From Lepidodermella squamata (Eukaryota > Animalia > Gastrotricha), in the NCBI GenBank assembly GCA_047495785.1, contig JBLDXI010000002.1:1984001-2048000 (forward strand): a stretch of DNA of 64,000 bases, given 5' to 3'. Below, piece by piece: positions 14,415 through 24,779 of this stretch (position 1 is its first letter; each line of letters opens with the position of its first letter). The notes under the pieces are model-generated. The model saw only the letters and a list, made by a program, of their open reading frames with translations, was not told the DNA's origin and ran no database searches. A program made the translations under genes and the position numbers.

Positions 14415-17056
14415 TCAAATCGGCTGCCTTGAGATCTGACGGATCAGTTTAGCGTTCGGAGTGCAGGTCTGAAAGCAATAAAATCATACACATAATTATT
14501 GAGTCGGCTATTAAAACAAAAAACGCACATATTGAGACGGGTTGAATGGTACATTCCCGCAGCAAGATAGCGGATTAGACTTCGAAGATCCGTAAGCTCG
14601 ATCGCAACACACCTGGGGAAAAAATAATAATTTAGCACTGTGTCATAAGGCAACCTGATTGTTAAATTAGGCAGTACACATTTTTAATAAATGTTTATCT
14701 CTCTTTTAATAGTTTATGAAAATTGGAAATTAATTAAATAAAATGAATTAACTAATTAATAACAATAATAATTAGGAATTAATTAATAATTTAATTTCGT
14801 AATTGGAAAGGATAATAATAAGACAGGACAATTAAGACTAACCCTGACCCTAACCCTAACCATAACCCTAACCATAAATCCTTACCTTAACCTAACCTTA
14901 AACCTAAATCTCTCCCTAACCCTAACTACAGCCCCAATGATATCATTATTTTTTATTTTTCTTATTTGTCCTCGTCTTATTCGCCCCTTACGGAATAATT
15001 GTATTAATTAATAGCTATTTATTAAAAAAATCAATTGCATCAATTTTGTATCAAATAAAATAATAGTTTACTTGGTATTCTTGCAAGGGATGTAAGGTGC
15101 TGTTACAGCAGAACTTGGTTTTCGGATCGTAGCTATGTTGTCCGCACTTTCGCTGGCCGTGATTCAAACTACGCCGCTTCACATTTCGAACTTCGTTCAG
15201 GCCGTTAGCCGTATAAGTGTAAGTCTCGGAAGATTCACCCTCGAACGAATAATCTTCCTCCTCCACATTCTGCTCGTCCACCTCAACGTAAGGACTACTA
15301 GACTGCCGGGGTCTGAAATTGGCATTATTGCGAGCATTTGGCTGTAGAACCACGGGTTTTGTCGATGACATCACCGTAATATTCGAGAAATCAGTCAGGC
15401 CAACAGGGGCGGTCGCATTACTTTCAATGTACTGCATAATGACAGGAGGGAGAACCATATAAGGACACTGTAAGCCGTCCCGATCAACCAAAGTATTTCC
15501 GCAACATGAATAGGCCGATGGAAGTTTTTTAATTTCCTATAAAAGAAGCTTGAAAAATCGGAAAAAATTCAATAATTTTTCTTACCCATCCCTGTTGGTG
15601 GCAGATGACGGTAAATACCCCAATAGTTTCCTCTTGATCCGGGTCGCCGGGGTCCGTTTTCACCAGATTAACATTGCTGAATGATCTTTGCTGAAAACTG
15701 CTGTAAAAATTGTTGTTCCGCATCGGCTGAGGATATTCAGATTTTTGAGGCATCGCCTGGTCACTTCTAATAAATTGCTGAGTTTCCCTTTGGTAGTAAT
15801 TAAGGTGAGCGTTGTTATCAGCCTGCGGTCCAGTGAATGACCTGCTCATAGGTGATCCGACCCAATTCGATGGGAATGAAGGCGGGGTGACAAAAGCTAG
15901 AGGCTTATTAACCTCAGGAAACTTAAGCTCGGGAGTTTGAGCCATGAAATAGTTGTTATAATTCGTCGTCATCAACGGCGCCTCAGTCGTTGTTATCTGG
16001 GTCAAAGTTGTAGTCTCATTATCCACCCTATCATTTTTAGGCGAATTAACATTTAGCGGCGGGTTGTTAACGGAGGTTCCTGTGATTAGGGCTATTAATT
16101 GCTGCCGTAATAACTCGGCAACTTGATCGTCCGGCATTTTAAGCCCAGCTGTATCTGGAGTAGTAATGAGATCCTGAAAAGCCGCGGTTGTTGTAGCCGG
16201 GCTTGTTGTTGTCATCACTTTCTTCGGCGCGATTTTCGGCACAGGATCCGGTTTAGGGAGGATCATCTCGCCGAAACACATGAGCCGTCTCGAATTGAAC
16301 GCTCGCCGCCCGCAGCACCTTATGTCGTTGTATTCGTGAAGGGCGGCTATGTACGACCGATCCCGGCACCGGGCGATTATAGCTTCTTCGCCATGTCTCG
16401 GGGATACTACAACCATAGCGGAGGTACTATCGTCCTTAAACTCTTCCACCTGTTTCGGGGTGGTAGTTGTCGGTGCCTCGGTAGTTATTACCGGCCTGAA
16501 GGTGTGGAGAGATTCGAGAGATAGGGTGCTGAATGGGAAGGAAACAGGCCGAGCTGGGGCTGAGGCAGGCGCCTGGGCGTACGAGAAAGGCTTAACAGGT
16601 GGTAGGCGCTGACTTGAAGGCTTGTAGTAAAACGACGTAGGCGGGAAACTTCGAGGTTGAGGTTGAGGTTGAGGCTGAGGCGGCTGGCGATTACCGCCGT
16701 AGAACATGTTATTCGAAATTTGATTCTGGTAATTGAACTGAGGTTTATTCGCAAGTCTCGATGCGTAAACATGCGCATTCGGGTAATGAACTGTGTTAAT
16801 CTAGGATGCCAAAAAATTGAGGAAATTTGAGAATTTTATTCGAAATTTGTACCATGCTATTGAAAGGTTGATTGCTTTGATACGCTTCAGGGCCGTAATT
16901 TCTTTGAAACTCATCGCCGTTGTAAGCGTTTTGGCGAGGTTTCAACCTGACAATTCCGGGCAAGTCAGGTCGGGGGGTCGATGTTAACAAATCGCCGATA
17001 ACAAGGATTAATTTCGCAAAAATTAATTGCCATCGAAATAATAGTAACGACCACAT
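14415..17056 (-). CDS. Large secreted protein with galaxin-like di-cysteine repeats, paralog C (convergent with B)
   Basis: Hydrophobic N-terminus, Pro/Gln/Thr-rich segments; RCCGRRAFNSRRLMC, SCCGNTL, CGQHSYDPKTKFCCNS, VCCDRAYG...SCCGNVPFNP. Last exon ends TGA at 14415. Confidence 0.65.
14817..14981. repeat. Intronic non-autonomous element with degenerate (CCCTAA)n telomere-like core and short inverted repeats
   Basis: aataagacaggacaa ... ttgtcctcgtcttatt flank ctaaccctgaccctaaccctaaccataaccctaacc... Confidence 0.55.
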
Positions 17057-18585
17057 CACGGAATATTTGATGATAATTTTCGAAAAATCGTAATTTTTAA
17101 CTAGAACTCATTATTATTAAAACTGCTGACCTAGCTTGAGAGGGGAAAAAATGCACATTATAGTTAGAAATCAGTAGACAATTTTCAAAGTTTAACGCGG
17201 TGTTAATTAATAAATTTAGTTGCTATCTCCAAGTACTATGCGAAACTTTTGTTAAGAGTTTAGATAACATGTCACCAAACACCTCGTGTTGCCTGAAAAA
17301 GCGTATATACTCTAAGCTTTGCGTCCATTTCGCCGCGCGCGCGTTTGTTTTAGGCCGCTGTAATAATGTCAAAAATAAACGCGCGCTCTTATTAGCCACG
17401 CGCTCACTGCCACCAACCAGCAGCTGAAAAAGATCGCGAAGTGTGACACGCGCTGTGTGTTGAAGAGTGTCGCGTTACTGTCGCTAGTTTTCTGATTCTG
17501 ATGCGGTGTATAAAGCGATATAGGTATAGCTGCTGTGCAGTTAATGGAACAGCGGCGCGATGATATCGCCCCTCATCATGATGTAGAAAGCTGTGCGGCT
17601 CTTCTCTCGGCTATTGTTTTCTTTCGAGAAAGGTGTGCGTTGCACTTCATTGCTCCGCGACGCGAATTTGTACAAATTCTTTGCAGTAGCGGCAGAAAAT
17701 ACCACCTATAAGAAGCATGTTGGACTTCGACGTCGTGCATTTTTTAACCTTAAATTAATTCCTCTAAAAGCTGTAATTCGTCATTGTACTATTTTACTGG
17801 AAAAACTATAAACTTTCAATTTGAAACTACTGGGGGAGGATTTTAAGGAATTTTCGGTCCTTGTCACTCGGGCTAATAATATATAAACCTTACTGCTTCG
17901 TATTGGTTCTAAACACGAAAGCAGGGAGTGGGTTAGGTTAGTTCTCAATTAGATGCGACGGTAAAGCTTTTCCGTTTCACTCACAGAAAAAAAACTATAA
18001 AATGATCAAATTGTATGCACCTTCTCCTAGACCCTAAAATAATTAGCTCTCGAGAGTGAAGAGATCCTATGTACCCCTCGTTTACACCTTCAGATTCTAC
18101 ACCTATTACTACTATCACAATGGAGACGAGTTCCGACGATCTAAGCTGACTTGACTCTGCAGTCGATGAACTACTTAGTGACGTGTTCCCATGAAATAAA
18201 TTAAATAATTTACTATTCTTACTACGCTTCAAGTCAAAATAAAGGTTCGAAGTCCCATCTCCGTAACAAAACAAGAGAAAAATGCATTGAGCTAAAGTTC
18301 GCGCCGTTCACGAGTGGTCGATTTCTGCAGTCGCTTAATTTGACTGACGGGAAATTTCAGCTTTGCTGCCGGGAAGTTTCGCAGATTCTACACTCGTGGG
18401 GAATTTATAGGCATATAAATAGTAGAGCAGCTGTCTCAATATCAAAAAGACTCGACCAGTTTCATAATGCATCTTCGGTATCACCCAGAGAATAATCACC
18501 GCATAATAATCAATTTTAAATGCAAACAAGTTCAAATTGATTAGGGTTGGTCAAAAAGAAGAAAGCAAGCGCAATTAGTTGTAAA

Positions 18586-21173
18586 TCAGCAGCAAACGTG
18601 TTGAATGACTACATTCGTGTACATACTGGCTTGCTCAAGAGAATCGAAGCAAAAATCGAATTGCTGAACACTTTCAACAAAACGTGAGAGCGAGTCAAAA
18701 ATCGACTGGTCCATGCCGGGCTGCATTGCCTTCGCTGTCATCCAGCAATCCGGAGCACTTTGGCAGTAATCGACGCAATCACAACGCGATGCCAAATTCG
18801 TCGTAACAGCGCCCGGGTTGCGAAGAACCGCGACAAACGCGAATTTGTCCACCGCCTTCACCACCCTGTTAACAGTCAGCCACATTTTGTTCTGATTGAA
18901 CTGGCCTGACTGCTCCTGTTTCCCGATTGTCTCAACAATGGCCGTCATCGGAGGGTCGCCGTCGAACATGGGCATTTTCTGGATTTTTCGGCGACTTATC
19001 ACCTTGTGATGCAGCCACTCGTGGTAAGTGTTGATACGATGCGGTACGATGTCCTTCCCTTTTCTGTCCTTCTTAGCCATGGTCATCTCGTTAACAGCCA
19101 CCCCAACCTCGACAGCCCGTTCGATAAGCATCCGGCACCACTGCCGGCTTTTCTTGTCGCTCGCCTTGAAATGCGCCGAGTAGTAGCCGCAGTTTCCCAA
19201 CAAGTGGAAATAGCCCACCAGGATTTCGCGCATCAATTCTTTGGAGAAGGCGTGGACACCTTGATCGAGGTCAGCACCTTCCAGCGTGTTGAGACACTCG
19301 AAGGTAACACGGCGTCGGTTGCTTACAATCGCAGCTTCTTCGTGTTGTTTCGCGAAAATCAACGACAATAGCAAGTCGTAGTCGCCCATGTCGAGGAAAA
19401 CTGCGATTGTGTGGTGCTTGTTCTGGTCGTAATGCCTGCCTTCCAGCGCATCTCCAAACTTTTCCAACAATTGGGGCGGGAGCTGAAAAATAAAATCGGA
19501 ATATAGGAATTGTTATAAATGTGAGCAAAGTAAACATAGATAATAGTAACTATCTATAATAAATATTATAAACAGATAGTTACTATTATCTATGAAAGTG
19601 AAGCTCAAATAGCTTGGTTTTTTTCATGCTCCCAACACTTCGTTTGCACGAGCCTGTCAATTCAAAAATGTAAGGTCTGAAAAGTATAATTTTGACCTTT
19701 TGGCGCAATAGCCTATCACTATCGAAATCTGTTTTTTCACCTAATATATTTCAAAGAATTATTCCGGAAATTTAATGTAAATTGGCAATTCATGAATTCA
19801 TGCTTCATAATGATCAAACTTCCAAAATTAAAAAATTAGATTCATCACATAAAATCCTTGGCTTTTAAAAATTCAAAGCACACGCTAAAAGAAACTTCGC
19901 GATGACTCTGTGAGCGGTCGTCTTATAGATCATCATTCCTACCAGTTCCATCGTTCCGTACCAAGAACTCGGTCAAAGACCAAAGGGGGAGACTTATGTC
20001 AATTTTCCTTATCCCAACAAGTTCGGCTCTCATAGAGCAAAGTAGGACCGCAGAACTGATAGTGATTACAAAATTCGACGTAAGGGCTCCCTTTGGTCTT
20101 TCACTGAGCTTAACGTACGGAGCGAGTTGTAGTTTTTGGGCTCTTTTATAACATCTTTATCTTTATCTTTCATTATAGTCGTCCACACCAGTGGGCGTTT
20201 TTTTCTCGAGCGTGACGCAATGATTTTTTCAATTTTGCACATATATTCAATAAATTTCTGATCAACTTGAAACATATTATTATTAATTGAAAACTGAGCT
20301 TCATTTTTATACAAACGAAAATTAATTAGCTTACCATGCAATAAGCCTCGCGGCAGTGAACACATCGGATAACGAATTTCACACGTTTCTCGCTGCGAAT
20401 TTTACCGCGAAAGTTGACGAAGCCTTCAATATGCGTCGAATGGAAGCACTTGGGCAAGTTCGCGGCCCTGAAGGCCTTCGGCGGGTCCTTCTCGTATTCA
20501 GGCGCGCTGGTGGTGGTGCTGGTGGATGGCTGTCCGAGGGGATACTGGATGCCCACTGCGTATGACAGCATATCCTGAGTGTTGACATCAGCGTTGTCTA
20601 GAATCGGAATTCCGTTGGAATCTTCGTCGAAATTCGGCGCTGGGATCGACGGATACAACGCTTCTAGGTCCGACGGCGAATCAGTGTAGTCCTGTTACAT
20701 ACAATTATACAATTACATACAATTTATAAGGTTCTGAAGGTGAAACTTACAGGGATAATTCCGGTGAGGCCGAACAAGTCATCGGGTGACTCGAGTGATT
20801 GCTGCTGGTCGACTGCAGGAGTTGGGGCTATATAACTCGGCGAGCTAGGATCAAAGAAGTCATCCGGTACTGGCTGCGGCGTGACCAGACTATCCCGGCT
20901 GATTTCAACAGCCATTGGCATCATCTTCGGCGGTGGAGGCATCAACGCATAGTCATCATCCATAGTGTTAGCTTTTCTTTTCACTGGCGAAGTTTGAACT
21001 GGGCCCGGTTGAATTTCCGGCTGATTGAACTGACCGTAATACTGCTGCAACTGGTCTGGGTATTGCTCGTACGAAGGCTGCCCATAAAACTGGTTTTGCT
21101 GATAGTATTCACTTTGCGGGTCGTAGAACCCGCCATATTGGTAACTCTCGAACGCTGGGTAAGCTAGACTCAT
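18586..21173 (-). CDS. Q/Y/P-rich N-terminus plus degenerate p300/CBP-type (KAT11) HAT domain, copy 1 (558 aa)
   Basis: Exons 21173-20751, 20691-20335 and 19482-18586 sum to 1677 nt. Colinear blocks resembling the p300 HAT: FRAANLPKC..HIEGFVN, NRRRVTFECLNT, MREILVGYFHLLGNCGYYSAHF, RQWCRMLIERAV, KMPMFDGD, FAFVAVL, FDSLEQASMYT. Confidence 0.75.
19535..19594. repeat. 60-bp hairpin or mini inverted-repeat element in the expanded intron 2 of HAT-like copy 1
   Basis: Perfect 21-bp arms catagataatagtaactatct / agatagttactattatctatg around an 18-bp spacer. Confidence 0.7.
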
Positions 21174-21639
21174 TTAAAAATCATAATATGAGCCAAGAAC
21201 ACGTGTACAAAATAATATCATACTGACGAGCAGCCAGCTCATCATTCATTTTACGCCAGCCCTGAATCATCTTGAAAGTGCTCGGGTGATGATAAAAAAA
21301 GCGCGTGATAAAGCATAAAAAACGTTATCGAATGAGTTGCGGGTTGTAAGCTGCAGGCCGCATTGTTAATCAGTAGACCTTGTTGAATTGGCAAAGATTC
21401 ACGTGTTTATTCATCCGACATTTCGGTTATTTGCCATAACCAGCTTCAATATACCAAAATAAAATTGATGGGCTGAATTGACGTGGGCAAAGATGTCGCT
21501 GGATTAATATGTCGTAAAATGTCTTGTACTGAGGAAATATCGCCACACAACAATAAGATTGATCAAATGTGGAATTTCACAATGAAAACATGTATTCGTA
21601 AGGCGGTAAAATAGAAGGTGAGTGAATACCTTCAAGGAT

Positions 21640-22125
21640 TCAATCAAGGAAAAACCATCCTCAGCATTCGTTCGAAAAATTGGAATAGCGATTGAAAACT
21701 AGGAAAATCAGGGATATTAGGAGCATGCTGCAAATTTCGTCGTCTTAGTCCTAGGAAGCCGAGTTGCTTGCACATCACATTCAAGAGTCATTCAAAATCT
21801 GGGTGGAGCTACGTTATCAAGTGGGTCACTTTGAAGCTGGTGTGATTCAAGTCAGATTAAAGCTGACAAGTTTTGGATCCCGATAGGCAGTTTTTCTACA
21901 GTTCATATCAGCCATTTATGGCGCCCATCTGAGCCAAGACTCTTTCGAACTGTTCGCGGTATTTTTCCGCGTTTCTCTCCATATTGAAACGCAATTCCTG
22001 CTGACTGCCACGCACGTCCTGTACGATAGCTTCGCCAGCTTGACGGTTGATATCGCCTGCGAAAACAGCAGCTCACCCTGCTGCTAGTTTATAGCGCTTT
22101 GAATGCGGCCCATGAAGTCTTGAAA
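21640..22125 (-). pseudogene. Decayed partial duplicate of the secreted-protein gene at 37867-38364 and its 3' flank
   Basis: tcagccatttatggcgccca..gagccaag.ctctttcgaactgttcgcggtatttttccgcgtttctctcca at about 21908 matches 37867 onward. It contains indels and lacks the 5' half. Confidence 0.8.
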
Positions 22126-22634
22126 GCTGAAGAGGTTTTAGGAGCCAATGGCGAATTAACGGGACACGCAGTCTTGAAAATGAATGCGAAACCACCTGTA
22201 AAAAATTCTGGTATAATGTGACAGAATTTGATGATGTTTTTTAGTCGCTGAATTGGACAAACGGAAGAAGACTTTAGCCTTGCTGCCGGGAAGTTAAGCA
22301 GATTCTACGCTCGTGGAAACATATGTTCGCCTTTGATCGAGGCTAAAATATAAACGCAGAAACACTTTTTTAAGATTAATTTTTATTAACATATTTTCCT
22401 ATATAAATAGCGTGCAGGATCACTTTTCCTTGCACTTTTCAGCTGCGTTTCTCTGAGTTTCCGGTAGACACAGAGGAGGAAAGAAATCTTGAATTCCCTC
22501 ATAATGCAGAAAAACTTTATAATTACAATACAAGAATAAAGGGAACGACCGTTCAAAGAGTAACAATCAAAAAGTCTCGACTAGTTTCATAAATCTTCGG
22601 AATGACAATAATCACAGCATATATAACCGGCTCC

Positions 22635-22859
22635 GGATGTTCGTACATATTTATGTACAGTTTTTCGACTATTCGTACATAATTATGTACAACTATTTGG
22701 CTATTCGCACATATTTTCGAATTGAACCCTATCCCTAACCCTTACCTGAATTACAATACAGCTTAATTACTTAATTACTTAATTACTTGAATGTATAGCT
22801 AATAGCCGCAAATATGTGCGAATAGACAAAAAACTGTACATAAATATGTACGAACATCC
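22635..22859. mobile_element. MITE-like inverted-repeat element with internal ccctaaccc motif
   Basis: ggatgttcgtacatatttatgtacagtttttt ... aaaaaactgtacataaatatgtacgaacatcc. The sequence atataaccggc is repeated on both sides. Confidence 0.7.
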
Positions 22860-23071
22860 ACTTCGTATATAACCGGCGTAATTTAAAAAAGCAGACAACT
22901 TTGACTTGATTTAGGCTTAACAACAATTCAACCAGTCTCAATCAAAACGTGTTGTTACAAATCTTCGGTATCACACGGACAATAATCACAATGTAACTGA
23001 TTATTATTTGAATTCCTAGTTATTTTAGGCTTGCTCGAAAATAAGAAAACAAGCGCCATTCGTTGCGGAAG

Positions 23072-23710
23072 TCAGCAGCGAACCTGATGGATGACTGCAC
23101 TCATGGAAAATATCGCTTGGTAAAGGTATTTGAAGCGAAACTCTTTTTCAAGAAAACGACGGCGCGAGTCGAAAATCGACGGGAATCGGTTGCCGGACTG
23201 CGTCGCCTCCGCCATCACGCTGCAATTCGGGGCAGTTTGGCAGTAATCGGCGCAATTGCAACGCGAGGCAAAATTCGTTTCAACAGCGCGAAGTACCACG
23301 ACAAACGCCGATTCGTCAACGGCCTTATGCAGCGCCTTGTTGAGAGACTTCCACATTTTATCCTTATTGAACTGGCGTGTCAGCCGCTCCTGGTTGTCAA
23401 TTATGTTAACAATGGTTGTCATCAGCTTGTCGCCGTGGAACAATGGCATTTTGTCGATTTGTCGGCGGCTTTTCACATATTCAAGCAGCCAGACGTCGAA
23501 ATTGAAGATACGCCGCGCCGCTTCTATGACCTTTCCTTTTTTATCCTTCTTAGCCATGGTCTGGCAGTCAACAGCCACCCCGGCCTTGATGGCCCGGTCG
23601 ACCAGCGAGCGGCACCACTGCTGGCTATCCTTGTCGCCCGCTTTGAAATGCACCGAGTAGTAGCCGCAGTTTCCCAACAAGTGAAAATAGCCCACCAGGA
23701 TTTCGCTCTC
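23072..23710 (-). pseudogene. 5'-truncated copy 2 of the p300/CBP HAT-like gene
   Basis: EILVGYFHLLGNCGYYSVHFKAGDKDSQQWCRSLVDRAI...KMPLFHGD is paralogous to copies 1 and 3. Homology stops abruptly near 23707 and is followed by sequence matching 37750-37805. Confidence 0.75.
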
Positions 23711-24065
23711 GTACATCCCATACATCAAGGGTGTTCAAAATCATATTCCGAGGGTGGCGCTAACTTTTTCAAGAGGATCACTTCGAAGCTGGTTCGAAGC
23801 TGGAAATTATTTATATTACACCGCCAAGGTTGCATTTAGACTCGGGAATATTCCAAAAAGAAAGAAAACAATGTTGCGACCTCGGGTCATTTTTATTCCG
23901 TTGGACGCTCAGCGACCTTTCGGGCGCCACGTACCCGTCATCAGGATAAAAACTGTCCTAAACCCTAAACCATGGTAAAATCTTTTTATTACAACAAAGG
24001 TTAAGTTATTAGAAATAAGAAATAAGTAATATGTAGCAATAGGTATATAGTTAGAGGAAAACTGT

Positions 24066-24266
24066 TTTCATCCGACCAATGTCTTATTTAATCTGACAAC
24101 CAAAAATGTGACTAAAACCTGCCGACTTGCTTTTTCATATATTTCATATAACTTGGATCGCCATAAATCTTTCAAAATAAAAATCGAGAAAATCGATATT
24201 TTCATGTCGGATGATTTAAGTCACATTTTTGGTTGTCAGATTAAATAAGTCATTGGTCGGATGAAA
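24066..24266. mobile_element. MITE-like inverted-repeat element
   Basis: ttttcatccgaccaatgtcttatttaatctgacaaccaaaaatgtgact ... agtcacatttttggttgtcagattaaataagtcattggtcggatgaaaa (about 50-65 bp arms). Confidence 0.75.
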
Positions 24267-24779
24267 AAAGTCACACCCTATATGAGCTGCCGATGGACAG
24301 TAACAATGAAGTAACAATATCATAAAATACAGATTTAGGCAGATTCCAATTTTAAAGCCAAATACCTATCACTGCATGGGCATAAATGGTAGAAGCATCA
24401 GTATATATTATGCAAGAATCATCAATGAAAGAAAACTTCAAACGGTCTCAATCGAAGCGTGTCTCGACCAGTTTCATAAAGCTTCGGTATCACCCTGACA
24501 ATAATCATCTAAATGGCTTCACCGGCATAACTATTTAGAAAGCAAACAAATTCCGAGTTAATTTAGGTGATTGATGCGTTAATTAATTAGTTAGGTAATT
24601 ATGCAAAAATCAATGAAAAGTCTCAATCAAAGTCTCAGTCAAAACTTATCGACCAGCTTCATAAATTTTCGGTATCAGCCGGGCAATAATCACAACGTAA
24701 CCGGCTTAATTATTTAAAACGCAAACAAATTTCGAGTTATTTTAGGCTTGCTCGACACAAGCGCAATTCGTTGTGGGAA

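Noticed and set aside
17981-18274. 97-aa minus-strand ORF
   Set aside because: No recognisable homology or gene structure.
20066-20365. 99-aa ORF inside intron 2 of HAT-like copy 1
   Set aside because: Starts out of frame in exon 2 and has no counterpart in copy 3; probably inserted debris.
23063-23839. 258-aa plus-strand ORF, and similar antisense ORFs at 19006, 25203 and 42104
   Set aside because: Antisense shadows of real coding exons.
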